Positions 26,805-40,400 are shown, numbered from the stretch's first letter. The stretch is DNA of 64,000 nucleotides from Eledone cirrhosa (GCA_964016885.1 OZ024750.1:9610001-9674000); one strand, 5' to 3'. Notes: generated by a model not told the origin, from the sequence alone. Numbers and translations: made by a program.

Positions 26805-26855
26805 AGATTCCTGATGATTTCTAATGAATGAAACAGTTCTAGTCCTGTAGAATCT
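26805..26855 (+). ncRNA. Type I hammerhead ribozyme
   Basis: agattc-CTGATGA-tttctaatgaat-GAAACAG-ttctagtc-CTGTA^gaatct. Confidence 0.8.
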
Positions 26856-26937
26856 CATCTATATTAAAACTTTTATACTCTGCTATGTATTGAGTACCTT
26901 ACTTACTGTGGTTACCTCCGATTCAACCCGGAATAAC

Positions 26938-26981
<44 letters not shown>

Positions 26982-27294
26982 CAACGTTCACAGGCATACT
27001 GTCTCCCCTTACTGTTTTTTTGTGTCTATATATATATGTGTGTGTGTGAGTCTGTGTCTGTGTATATATATATATATGTGTGTGTGTCTGTGTATATATA
27101 TATATGTGTGTGTGTCTCTGTATCTGTATATATATATGTGTGTGCGTGTGTGTGTGTGACCACCTGTTGATTTATGTGTGTGTGTCTGTATGCCTCTGTC
27201 TGTCTGTATCTGTATGTATGTGTGTGTGTGTATGTATGTCAGTGTGTGTGTGTGTATGTCAGTGTGTGTGTGTGTCAGTGTGTGTGTGTGTCTC

Positions 27295-27668
27295 CCCTTA
27301 CTGCTTTTCCTACCATGACTACAGTGTTCTCTGCTTCTCAGATCTAGCTGACTTTCATCTGATTGCTCTCTCCTGTCACCAACCATAGTGTTGCTATCCC
27401 CCCACCCCACCCCCACCTATCAGCTGAAACCAGGTGCCACCTCCTGAGTGCAATTGTGACACTCATCAACAGGTTCATCCATGACACCCTGGACCATCAC
27501 CCATATTGTATATATTGAGTCCAGCCTTTCCAGATCCTTTATTTTACCATTATGCCCAATCCTTCCTTCCCAAAACGTTGGCCTTCTGGAACTCCTTTCC
27601 TGCACATGTTGTTGTTTTATCTGCACTCAGCAAATTACAACAATTTAATCAGACTATAAACAACATTA
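27295..27668 (+). pseudogene. CR1/L2-group LINE 3' ORF remnant
   Basis: HYAQSFLPKTLAFWNSFP...LQQFNQTINNI matches the SFFPRT..LWNSLP..L..FK C-terminal motif. Followed by an M1 MITE at 27666-27878. Confidence 0.65.
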
Positions 27669-28099
27669 ACTCTTTTGCATTTACATTACTCTATATATAC
27701 TGTTGTATAAAGGCTTTACCTCCCATAATTATCCCACATAATATCGAATTTATATTTTGATATTTATTTTGAGAATAATACCTTAACGTCAGTATGAGTG
27801 GCCAGTTACAGCCAGTTTGAACAGAAAGAGGTGAGAGAATTCTGGCCGGATATGACCGGTTTAAATGCTAAAGGATTAAAGACCCCAGTCATGGAAGTGG
27901 GTCTATAAAGGCCGGGGGGAACAACTGCAATTCAACGCAATGGAAAAAAATTTAAAACTCCCTAACTTGACAGCCACTGTAACTGATTAAATGTTAATTA
28001 ATTAATTAATCAATTAATCAATTAATTATGTTTTCTAACTTGATCAATTAATCAAAATATCTTGCCCAGAGAAGCTTTAGATGAACAGCCAGTTATACC

Positions 28100-28430
28100 C
28101 CCACCTCGTCTTCACCTCATCTCTTCATCTCTACCTCACCTCCACCACATCCCCCACACACCCCACCACCACCTCATCCCCTCCTCCTCTCTACCTCACC
28201 TCCACCTCATCCACCACTACACCTCCACTTCACCTCCACCACATCCCCCACACACCCCACCACCACCTCATCCCCTCCTCCTCTCTACCTCACCTCCACC
28301 TCATCCACCACTACACCACCACTTCACCTCCACCACATCCCCTACACACCCCACCACCACTTCACCTCCACCACATCCCCCACCCACACCCTGTCCTCAT
28401 CCCCCACCACCACATCCCCTACCTCAATCT
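28100..28430. repeat. C-rich degenerate tandem repeat
   Basis: Repeated cacctccaccacatcccccacacaccccaccac units. Confidence 0.85.
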
Positions 28431-29499
28431 TTCTAAGTCATTAGCCATTTTTAGATTTTTTATCATCTTCTGCCACTGTCCATTTTTAATATAACTCACC
28501 CAACCTTATACTTTCCAGTCTTGCTAGATTCCTAAATTAATATATAATTGAAATATTGGTTTCAAAATTGCAACTGCAGCTGTTCTTAACTTGTGCAAAC
28601 TAACGTTCTTTTAGATTCTTACTTTGAGTTTTGGATAATTGGTTAGATTCCATCAATGTATATATGTTGGACTAGACATAATATTAGTTTAAGACGAGTT
28701 TAACTCTAAATTTGCTTATATTCTACCAATAAATGTTGGCCGAGGAAGAATGCTAGTGTATTTAATTCAAAGACAGCCAATGAATTTCTAATCGTTTTGA
28801 AAATAATAAATTTGGAGAGATTTAATAATATACTTAACTTTCTAGTTATTAAGCTTAACAAAGATTCTTACGTAGTTATGATGGAAGGTTTAAATAAATA
28901 TAATGCCTTAAAATAAACAGTATTGTATTATAGAACAAGAGGTAGTTTCAAGTAGTTTAGTGACAGAAAGATTCCATCAGTTCATATGTCTCTTTGAAAG
29001 TAGAGTGAAATAATTTAAAGAAATGTTATTTCAGTACTGGACATAGCATTTATCTAATGTTCCTTTGAAAGTAAAGTAAAGTGATTTGAAAAAAAAACGT
29101 TATTTTAATGCCAGATGTATACTTATTCAGGATTTAACCTTTTAGCATTTAAACCGGCCGTATCTGGCCAACATTGTTCATTAATTACTTTCTCATACAG
29201 TTAATCTAGAATTTTATCCCACAAAGGAGTGTGAAATTAGAGAAGAGAGAACCAAAATTTCACAATCCGTAACGCATTTAATCTGAAGTCCTAAATTCAA
29301 CTTTCGAACACTGAATGCACACATTCAAATGATTTTAAAAATTTTTTAATGTTTTTTTACGAAGGGTGGGGATAAGTCACCATGATAAATAATTATCAGA
29401 CTCCTGGAAAGATGGGAGTCAACGTTAGCCTCATAGATATTTGAACACAGAACATATAAAATTGTATCAAATAATGCTATACAGTGTTTGATGCTCTAA

Positions 29500-30016
29500 T
29501 ATATGTTCAAACTGGCCATAACTAGCTGCTCACACTTATGTTAAGGTATTGTTCTCAAAATAAATAATATCAAAATCTCGTAGATTCAATACTATGTGAG
29601 ATAATTATGAGTTAAAGCCTTTACCGTGAAAATACAATAGTAAATATAGAGTAATCATCATCATCATCATTTTACGTCCACTTTTCCCTGCTTGCAAGGG
29701 TGGGACGGGAACTGATTCTGGCTTGATTTCTACAGCTGGATGCCCTTCCTAACACCAACCTCATTTACAGTGAGTGCAGGGTGCTTTTTTGCCATGGAAC
29801 CTCCACGACCACTTTACAGTGGAATGATAGAGACCCCAGTCCTATCATCTCATTTCTACAGCTGAGTAAACTGGAGCAATGTGAAATAAAGTGTCTTGCT
29901 CAAGTACACAACACATCATCCGGTCTGAGAATTGAACTCACAACCTTTCGATTGCAAGACCAATGCTCTAACCACTAAGCCATATGCCTCCAGTAATGTA
30001 AATGATAAAGGGTTAA
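29500..30016. mobile_element. M1 MITE interrupted by a composite SINE (29655-29992, minus strand)
   Basis: The MITE resumes after the SINE, and agtaat is duplicated at both junctions. The SINE has a tRNA head, a CORE-like segment and an RTE tail. Confidence 0.8.
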
Positions 30017-30235
30017 AGAAACATTATCTCAAAACCAGAGTATTCAGGTGGAGAGAATACCTGGATGTCCAGCAGCAACTTTCTTAGGGATAGACAGGTA
30101 GATTGGTTTTCACCTGACCTTTGGCTCCAGGACATTTTACAGCTTCCCCCTGGTAACTGCTTCTGCTGGTAGACTAAACTTAGCAAATTTAAAAGGCCAT
30201 CAGTTATAACTTTCCAGAGAAGAATCAGTAAGTAA

Positions 30236-30647
30236 ATAATGTTTCTACTTTTGGCACAAGGCCAGCAATTATCCCAGTGCATTACTGGTACTTTATTTTA
30301 TCAACCCCGTAAGGATGAAAGGCAAAGTTAACCTCGGTGGATTTGAGCTCAGAACGTAAAGAGCCGTAACTCTATGTTGCAAAGCATGGCGTCTGACGCT
30401 CTACCGATACTGCCAAACCAGTAAATAATGATTTCTAGTATAGGCACAAGGCCAGTAATTTGGGGGGAGGGGAAAGTCGATTAAATCGACTGCAGTACAT
30501 TACTGGTACTTTATTTTATCGACCCCATAAGGATGAAAGGCAAAGTTAACCTCGGTGGGATTTGAACTTGGACCATAAAGGGCTGCAACTCTTTGCTTCA
30601 AAACATGGCGTCCGACCCTCTACTGATACTGCCAATCCACCACCCTA
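30236..30647 (-). mobile_element. Two tandem S1 SINEs
   Basis: Copies at 30236-30420 and 30425-30647. Confidence 0.85.
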
Positions 30648-31541
30648 AGTAAATAATAAGAACAGTTCAAGATATTCCACTTTATCACAACTACTTTAAC
30701 TGACTTAGAATGGTAAAGATTTCAACAATATCAATCTTATAAGTTACTAACACTTTTTCACATGTCATCCAAAAACATTTTTATTATCTTCCTTTTATTT
30801 TATTTTATTTTATTTTATTTTATTTTATTTTATTTTATTTTATTTTATTTTAACACTTTTCTAGCTTTCTTTTATATACTGCAATAATTTAAAATTATAA
30901 TGCTATTGTTAATCTGATATTTTTCCAATTTCATTTTCATTTTGTTCATCTGATAGAGAAGCAGACATTTACTAAGATATCGCTTATCTATATTCTATAA
31001 ACTACTCTCATTTGGAGTGATTAGCATTAATAATATTACCATCATCATCATCAACACAGTTAACATCACCGTTGTCAAAATTACTGCCATTATAATCTCC
31101 TCCACCATCATCATCATCACCACCACCATCATATTCTCCACCACCACCATCATAATCTCCACCACCACCATCATAATCTCCACCACCACCATTATCATCA
31201 TCATCGTCATCACTATAAAGACCTCCAACATCACCACCATCATCATTACCATCATCACCATCACCACTATCAATCTCTATTAACTAAGCTACTACATTAT
31301 GGAACAAGAGTAAGAGCACACACACAGAATATAAATGTGCTTTAAATAATACATTAATGCAGAATATCAATTATTATTTGTCAAGAAACTGTCTACCAGT
31401 TGATTCATGACTTCCTTGAACAACATCGGGTACTCCTACTAGTTTATGAATAAAATACATGATAATAATCAAAGCTCAAATAAATTGAAATATAGTGCAG
31501 ATGTAAATATTAGAAAATATTTTCATCCCAAATGATGAGGT

Positions 31542-31770
31542 TTAACCCTTTAGCATTTACATTACTCTATATTTACTATTGTATTTTCACAGTAAAGGCT
31601 TTATTTTACATAATTATTTCACATAATATCAAATCTACAAGATTTTGATGTCATTTATTTTGAGAACAATACCTTAATGTAGGTATGAGCAGCCAGTTAC
31701 AGCCGGTTTAAACAGAAAAAGGTGAGAGAGTTCTGGCCGGATATGGCCGGTTTAAATGCTAAAGGGTTAA
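31542..31770. mobile_element. piggyBac-type MITE M1, complete
   Basis: TTAA-CCCTTTAGCATTTA...TAAATGCTAAAGGG-TTAA. Confidence 0.9.
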
Positions 31771-32079
31771 AAGTTCAAATAGCGATAATCCTAAAAACAT
31801 TTTTGCTTTAACAATATACAAATGTAAAAAAAAAAAAGTTAAATATTTATCTATTTATTTACTTATCAATCTACTTTAGTTATATTAATTTATGTGTTTC
31901 TTTTGCTAAATGTTCTCCTATTTGTCAATACTAACATAGTTTGGATGGTTTTTTTCACGAATTCTAACAATTCATCTCCAGAAGTAACAATTCAACTGTT
32001 ATCTTAAAGTGATAACAATCAAATATTTTACAATTATGTAGGCAAGAAAAGATAGATTAAGCAATGTGTTTTATCTACA

Positions 32080-32412
32080 AACATCTCTATATATGGTAGT
32101 ATTGTCTATACTACATCTCTATAGATGATAGTATGGTCTATACCACATCTCTATATATGACAGTATTGTCTATACCACATCACTATAGATGATAGTATGG
32201 TCTATACTACATCTCTATATATGATAGTATTGTCTATACCACATTACTATATATGATAGTATTGTCTATACTACACCACTATGTATGATAGTATTGTCTA
32301 CACCACTATATATGATAGTATTGTCTATACTACATCACTATGAATGATAGTATTGTCTATACTGCATCACTATATATGACAGTATTGTCTAACCCTAACC
32401 CTAACATCACTA
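32080..32412. repeat. ~32-bp minisatellite, ~10 copies
   Basis: Unit catc(t/a)ctatatatgatagtattgtctatac(t/c)a. Confidence 0.9.
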
Positions 32413-32988
32413 TAATAATGAAAATAAAGTTGGAATGTCTTTCTGTGATCATAGATCTGCTTGTTCAGATCTGACCGAGGGTTAAACAAATGCAATTTGT
32501 GTGAGGATTTCAAATTTGAGAGCTTCATTTCAGTAGTTTCAGTTGTTCAGATGTTCTAGCTAAAACATAGCTTTTAGCATGAAATATTCAAATAGGAAAT
32601 GACAAATTGAGTGTAATACATTAACAGATGCCAGTATAGAAATGACAGTAAAAACAGTTACAGTACATATCAGCTTCTGTGCAACCGCCTGTAATCAATA
32701 CGATGCAGTGGAGAGAAGTAAGTTGACTGCAGATCTTGTATTGTAATCGAAGTCTACTGCCAAATTCACTATTTTCTACATAACATAGCTAGCTAGCTGA
32801 CACATTATTAGGATGGTAAATTTACCCACAAATATAGAGAAAAATAGAAACAAAAAGTGAAAAGAAAAACAATGAACAAATTTGTGGTTTAGTCATTTTT
32901 ACCTCTAACCTAAATTTTAGTAGCTTAGAGTCATCCATCCTTTTAAGAACAGATGTTTTTAAGTTTTTATGTCTAGATTACATATTAT

Positions 32989-34216
32989 TGTGGATTAGCA
33001 GTATCGGTAGAGGGTCGGACGCCATGCTTTGACGCATTACGGCCCTTGCCATTCTGAGTTCAAATCCCGCCGAGGTCAACTTTGCCTTTCATCCTTACGG
33101 GGTCGATAAAATAAAGTACCAGTAATGCACTGGGTAATTGCTGGCCTTGTGCCTAAAGTAGAAACAATTATTATTATTATTATTATTGTTGTCAAGGGCA
33201 GTGGATTGGCAGTATCAGTGAAGAGTCAGACACCTTGCTTTGCAGCATAGAGTTACGGCCCTTTATGATCTGAGTTCAAATCTCGCCGAGGTTAACTTTG
33301 CCTTTCATCCTTACGGGGTCAATAAAATAAAGTACCAGTAATGCACTGGCATAACTGCTGGCCTTGTGCCAAAAGTAGAAACAATTATTATTATTATTGT
33401 TAAGGGCAGTGGTATGACAGTATCGGTGGAGAGTCAGACGCCTTGCTTCGCAGCATAGAGTTACGGCCCTTTACGTTCTACGTTAAAATCCCATCGTAGT
33501 TAACTTTGCCTTTCATCCTTACGGGGTCGATAAAGTAAAGTACCAGTAATACACTGGGGTAATTGCTGGCCTTGTGCCAAAAGTAGAAACATTATTATTG
33601 GCAGTATTGGGAGAGGGTCGGACGCCATGTTTTGACGTATAGAGTTACGGCCCTTTCCATTCTGAGTTCAAATCCCGCTGAGGTTAACTTTGCCTTTCAT
33701 CCTTACGGGGTCGATAAAATAAAGTACCAGTAATACACTGGGTAATTGCTGGCCTTGTGCCTAACGTAGTAACAATTATTATTATCATTATTTTTATGAT
33801 TGGCAGTATCAGTAAAATGTCAGACACAATGCTTTATGGCATACTGTTACGGCCCTTTACATTCTGAGTTTAAATCTAGCCAAGGTTAGCTTTGCCTTTC
33901 ATACTTAAGGGGCCAATAAAATAAAGTACCAGTAATGCACTTGGGCTGATTTAATTGACTTCCCCTCCCTTCAAATTGCTGGTCTTGTGCCAAAATCAGA
34001 AACCATTATTGTTATTATTAGTTATAGGGCAGTGACTTGGCAGTATCGGTAGAGGGTCGGACGCCATGCGTTGCAGCATAGTTATGTCCCTTTACGATCT
34101 GAGTTCAAATCCCGCTGAGGTTAACTTTGCCTTTCATCCTTACAGGGTCGATAAAATAAGGTACCAGTAATGCACTGGGATAACTGCTGGCCTTGTGCCA
34201 AAAGTAGAAACAATTA
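32989..34216 (+). mobile_element. Head-to-tail array of six S1 SINEs
   Basis: Copies start near 32989, 33195, 33402, 33598, 33798 and 34026, separated by (ATT)n. Confidence 0.9.
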
Positions 34217-34254
34217 TTAGTTATAGTATGGCAAGTAGTCTTATATTGTAAAGA

Positions 34255-34415
34255 CAGTCACAGCAAAGACATTCCATTATTGCAGAGTGGGTTTTAGTGA
34301 AGACATTCTATTATTGCAGTGTAAGTTGCAGCAAAGACATTCCATTATTGGCGTGTGGGTTGCAGTAAAACAAGACATTCCATTATTGCAGAGTAGGCCG
34401 CAGTATGACATTCTA
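34255..34415. repeat. ~36-41-bp degenerate minisatellite
   Basis: aagacattccattattgcagagtgggtt... repeated 4-5 times. Confidence 0.8.
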
Positions 34416-35209
34416 CAGTGACATGTTAAGTTGCCTTAAGATATTACATTACAGTGGAGGGGGAAATATCGTATATATTAGTACACAGACAAAGATTTTG
34501 TTTCATATTGGGTGGGGCAGGAGTTTAGATTGGTAGGAGCTATAAAACATTGAATAAAACACCTTGTAGTATTTAATCATGACACTTTACATTCCTGGTT
34601 CAAATTTCTTAAGTGTCAATTTTGCTTGTCATCCTTCTAGGGTCCATAAAATAAAGGAACAGTGAAATATTTGGGTTGATATAACCAATATAACACACTC
34701 CCTTAACAAAAATTAACTTTTGTGGCTCTGTAAATAAGTTATAAATTATGTATTATGTGGCTTTGTGGCTAGACTGTTGAACTCACAATTGTAAGGTTGT
34801 GAGTTTGAATCCTGGACTGGGAAAACATTTTATTTCACGTTGCTCCAGTTCACTCAGCTGTAGAAATGAGTTGTGATGTCACCAGTGCCAAGCTGGCTTT
34901 CCCTTGGACAACATCGGTGGTGTGGAGAGGAAAGACTGGTATGCATGGGTGACTGCTGGTCTTCCACAAACACGCTTTACCAAGGCTTGTGCCTCAGAAA
35001 GGAACTTTCTAGGTGAAAATCCCATGGTTATTTGTGACAGAGCAGGCCTACAATTTATCCTAAAGATATAGAATAAAAGTAATATACAAGAGTTTTATTA
35101 AAAGTCATTAGTTTATATTGTTTAAAAAATTATATAAAGGATATTTATATCATATATATCATCATCATCATATATTTATATATGTATATATGTATATATA
35201 TCTATATCT

Positions 35210-35433
35210 ATCTAGGGCGGGTAAAATTCCCGAGATCCATGGACGAGTTCTCTCCAGCGGTCTCTGTCCCTCATCATCACTGCCATGTCCTGCGTCTCCA
35301 AGAGACCAGTATCTGTCCTTAGGGCATCAACATATGTCAACCTCGGTCTTCCTCTTCCAGTGTGTCCATGCAGGGGCTCCCACAGGAGCACTGAGTGTAA
35401 TGTCAACTCTGGATGTCAGTGAGCATGTCCAGC
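35210..35433 (-). pseudogene. RTE/RTE-X-like LINE 3' end
   Basis: VLLWEPLHGHTGRGRPRLTYVDALRTDTGL...MMRDRDRWRELV*, then a microsatellite tail. Confidence 0.8.
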
Positions 35434-35459
35434 TATATATATATATTTATATATATATA

Positions 35460-35508
<49 letters not shown>

Positions 35509-35706
35509 TCATCATCATCGTTTAATGTCCATCTTCCATGCTAGCATGGGTTAGACAGTTTTGTTCCATTTGATGCGGGAATGGTCGGGAGACCGTGTCT
35601 CACTCGTACGGAGGTTTTTTACAGCTGGATGCCATTCCTAACACCAACCACATTTACAGTGTTGACTGGGGACCTTTTTACCATGTCTCCTACATGACCA
35701 CCTTAC

Positions 35707-35809
<103 letters not shown>

Positions 35810-36381
35810 ATCGGAGAAAGCTAATAGCGATACTCCGGCCAAATCCCAACTCACTCAACAAACATTAGGAAATAACTGAGTATATTCCTAATTAAACGTT
35901 TGGGGTGCTAACTAATTTTATTGTGTGGAAAATTGGCTGTATCATTTCATATGAGATATACAAATATATATATATATATATTTCCAGACATACTAATACT
36001 ACTAACACTAACTTGGTTTTGAAAATAGTACAACTCTACAACGAAATGTCTGCTGCATATAATGGCTGATAGTTTCCTTTTGATGTTTTGTTGCAGTAGT
36101 GCAGAATATTTGCAGTAATAGCAACTGTGCAGTTTACTGTAATTCTAAGAAACTGTTACAGCAGTAATATCACATTACACCACAAACATTTCTCTGTGAA
36201 AATTATCACATTGTTCTAATCTTTAAGTGTTGTATGATATGGTATATGTGCGTGGGTATGTCCGTGTGTGTGTGTATGTGTGTGTATGTATGTATGTGTA
36301 TGTATATACATTTATATACATATATATATATATATATATACATTTATATATATATATATATACACACACATATATATATAT

Positions 36382-36468
<87 letters not shown>

Positions 36469-36584
36469 CATGTGCGTGTGTGTGTGTATATATATATATA
36501 AATGTATATATATATATCCAAGAAAAACTTGAACCATTAACGTATCTTTTCTTGGTTATGTCAACATTTATAAAACAAACTTTG

Positions 36585-36645
36585 TATTTTATCTGATGAG
36601 AGCGTACCAAAGTTTTGGTACCCTTGAAATATATATAATAGAATA
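36585..36645 (+). ncRNA. Type I hammerhead ribozyme
   Basis: tattttat-CTGATGA-gagcgtaccaaagttttggtaccctt-GAAA-tatata-TA^atagaata. Lies in a (TA)n-flanked insert at ~36517-36690. Confidence 0.8.
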
Positions 36646-36693
36646 AATATGGTTTTATAAATATAGTTTCCATTTATTTAATATCATTGTATA

Positions 36694-36731
<38 letters not shown>

Positions 36732-36779
36732 AATAGCCGTTGAAACGGCTTGAGCTCTGCCGTCGGGGTCATACTTTTT

Positions 36780-36820
<41 letters not shown>

Positions 36821-36929
36821 GTATATATATATATATATGTATATATACATGTATATCAATATCATCATCACCAATGCCTTTCTAGCATACATACACACAC
36901 ATGAATACAAACATACACACATATGTACA

Positions 36930-36987
<58 letters not shown>

Positions 36988-37229
36988 TATGTACTCAACA
37001 CCTGCTCTCCCACTGGTGAACATCATGTAACTCCCTCCACCCAACACTCTTCACTGCCTCCCCTTCCCCTCCACAGTCAGGACAAGGACACAATAAGCAC
37101 CCAAATGACATAATGAAACAGTGCACATGTCATGACAGAATACACCCAGTGCCCTCTATGAGGTGGAAGTGCCGATGCCATGACATAAAAGCACCTAGTA
37201 AACCCTGTGCTGGTGCCATGACCTCACTG

Positions 37230-38345
37230 AAAGGTGGTAGTGCTGGTGTCAGGACAGAATACACCTAGTACTCACTGTAAGGTGGTAGTGCTGGTGTCAG
37301 GACAGAATACACCTAGTACCCACTGTGAGAGGGTAGTGCTGGTGTCAGGACAGAATACACCTAGTACCCACTGTAAGGTGGTAGTGCTGGTGCTAGGACA
37401 GAATACACCTAGTACTCACTGTAAGGTGGTAGTGCTGGTGCTAGGACAAATGCACCTAGTACTCACTGTAAGGTGGTAGTGCTGGTGTCAGGACAGAATA
37501 CACCTAGTACCCACTGTAAGGTGGTAGTGCTGGTGTCAGGACAGAATACACCTAGTACTCACTGTAAGGTGGTAGTGCTGGTGTCAGGACAGAATACACC
37601 TAGTACTCACTGTAAGGTGGTAGTGCTGGTGTCAGGACAGAATACACCTAGTACCCACTGTAAGGTGGTAGTGCTGGTGCTAGGACAGAATACACCTAGT
37701 ACTCACTGTAAGGTGGTAGTGCTGGTGCTAGGACAAATGCACCTAGTACTCACTGTAAGGTGGTAGTGCTGGTGTCAGGACAGAATACACCTAGTACCCA
37801 CTGTAAGGTGGTAGTGCTGGTGTCAGGACAGAATACACCTAGTACTCACTGTAAGGTGGTAGTGCTGGTGTCAGGACAGAATACACCTAGTACTCACTGT
37901 AAGGTGGTAGTGCTGGTGTCAGGACAGAATACACCTAGTACCCACTGTAAGGTGGTAGTGCTGGTGTCAGGACAGAATACACCTAGTACCCACTGTAAGG
38001 TGGTAGTGCTGGTGTCAGGACAGAATACACCTAGTACTCACTGTAAGGTGGTAGTGCTGGTGTCAGGACAGAATACACCTAGTACTCACTGTAAGGTGGT
38101 AGTGCTGGTGTCAGGACAGAATACACCTAGTACCCACTGTAAGGTGGTAGTGCTGGTGCTAGGACAAATGCACCTAGTACCCACTGTAAGGTGGTAGTGC
38201 TGGTGCTAGGACAAAATGCACCTAGTACCCACTGTGAGGTGGTAGTGCTGGTGCTAGGACAGAATACACCTAGTACTCACTGTAAGGTGGTGGTGCTGGT
38301 GCTAGGACAAAATGCACCTAGTACTCATTGTAAGGTGGTAGTGCC
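37230..38345. repeat. 48-bp minisatellite, ~23 copies, SINE-derived
   Basis: Unit ggtggtagtgctggtgtcaggacagaatacacctagtactcactgtaa. Degenerate flanking units at 37130-37230 and 38345-38610. Confidence 0.95.
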
Positions 38346-39034
38346 AGAGTCACAATAAAATTCTCCTAACCCTGCTATAAAGTGGTTTGCTTTATGTAGG
38401 GTATCCAGCCCACTCTGTAATGAGGTCATGCTGGTGCCATGACAAAAAACACCCAGTCCACCCTGTACAGTGCTACAACAACAAAAAATCCAATCAACCT
38501 TATAAGGTGGTAGAACTGGTGCCAGGACAAAAACCACCCAATACACCCTGTAAGGTGGTTTTGTTGGAGTCATGATAAAATGTTCCCAGTACATGCTGTA
38601 AAATGGTAAAATGGTAGACACTCAGTTGTCGAAAGCCAACCAAAAATGGAACATACAAGCAAAACATGGTTATGTAACCAGCCAGGTCTCAGTAAGTGAC
38701 AGCTTGTTTAAACCATACAAGCATAGAAAATAGACATTAGACAGCAATGATGATATATAATGAGAGAAAGAAAGAGGGAGAAAGACAGGGGGGGGGGGGG
38801 TGAAAGAAAGAAAAGAAGTGACAGATTGATAACCAGATAGACTATTGTTTATGAAAGAGATAAAAGATTGAGATACACCTATATGTCAAAATATATTTGC
38901 ATGTCAATGTGTCCTTGTGTATATGTGTGTCTATTTATATGTGTGCATGTGTGTGTGTAGTTATGTGCATGCATCTATGTGTGTATTTATGTGTGCATTC
39001 ATGTGTATGTCTGTGTGTGTCAAGTGTGCATGCA

Positions 39035-39067
<33 letters not shown>

Positions 39068-39468
39068 TTTGTGTGGCTTAGAGTGAAGGCTTGGGCTGGA
39101 ATGAATAAAGTGATTGTATATACACATACATAGAAGATACATGGGTTTAAACTACATGTGTTTATATTATAAATATCGAATATACTTGAATATAAACCAA
39201 TTCAAATATAATACCACCCCTCTATGTTATCTATGAGAAATAGACAAAAAACTAACCCTGTGTATAAGACCAGGCAAGTAACCAACATATTATTTTTAGA
39301 TGGTGCAGTTTTGAAATTCTCATGAGTGGAGAATATATTTATGAAGTTTTAATATTTTGATATTTAAAGCATTCTAAGTGTTGTTTAGAGAATAGCTTTT
39401 ATTCCATAACTCCATTATGTAATGACTGTTTTACCATTTCATCCTTTTTTTATAAAGTTTCAACAAAA

Positions 39469-39565
39469 TGAGCTCTGGCCGTTTCGACAGCTAGATCTGA
39501 ACAGTTTGGATCTAGCTGTCGAAATGGCCAGAGCTCAGCCGTCGGGGTCCTGACTCTTTTCCTAT
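39469..39565. mobile_element. Family C fold-back remnant
   Basis: tgagctctggccgtttcgacagctagatc..gatctagctgtcgaaatggccagagctca-gccgtc-ggggtcc then (TA)n. Confidence 0.7.
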
Positions 39566-40069
39566 ATATATATATTTATAATTGGATATAATTGGAAATC
39601 AGTAAAATCGAATCTCTGGCGGTTTGCAAGTAAATTCGGCCTACTTATATGAAATGATGAGTTAGCAAGGCACTCGATAAGATAGAACCTCAGAGTAATA
39701 ACATACGTTTAAATAGCTTGACAAATCGAACATTGTGGTAGGCGAAACCAACACACAATATATACCAAAGCAACGATAGAACTAATCAGGTTGAGAAAAG
39801 TACACCTGGACAAATCAAACGAACAATCGTTTAAAGTGTTTCTTTGAATCCGAAATCAAATATCAGACTTACGTGAATGGCAAGCTCATGGTATTGGTGA
39901 TCGAACGGAGGATTCAGTTTATCAACAGGTTTTCGTTCTGCTTATATAGTGTTTCAGATAGAGTATAGAAGTCAAAATGTCATCATAAAGTTTTATTAAA
40001 TTAAAAATTGACTTGAATATGTTAACTATTCTGTAGTTGTGTCACAAGTTGAGGTGTTGTTAGCTATAA

Positions 40070-40072
40070 TAA

Positions 40073-40106
<34 letters not shown>

Positions 40107-40400
40107 GTTGCTGCTGCCGCTACTACTACTACTACTACCACTACTACTACTACTGTTGCTGCTGCCGCTACTACTACTACTACTACTACTACTGTTGCTA
40201 CTACTACTACTACTTCTACTAGCACCACCACTACTACTACCACAACCACCACTACCACTACTACGACCACTACCACTACTATTACTTCTACTACTACTGT
40301 TGCTACTTTTGTTGCTGCTACTACTACTGCTACTAGTACTACTAGTACTACTAGTACTACTACTGTTGCTACTAGTACTACTAGTACTACTGCTACTCTG
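40070..40400. repeat. (CTA)n-type trinucleotide repeat
   Basis: ACT/CTA repeat that gives the poly-L/V ORFs. Confidence 0.95.

Larger units (their letters stand above)
26421..26938. mobile_element. Family B element with two inverted hammerheads and a ~290-bp spacer
   Basis: Arms ~26421-26497 / 26786-26863, (TA)n on both flanks. Confidence 0.8.

Noticed and set aside
37230-38345. CRISPR-like array or repeat-protein ORFs
   Set aside because: Contiguous 48-bp units with no unique spacers, no cas genes, eukaryotic context and frameshifting variant units.
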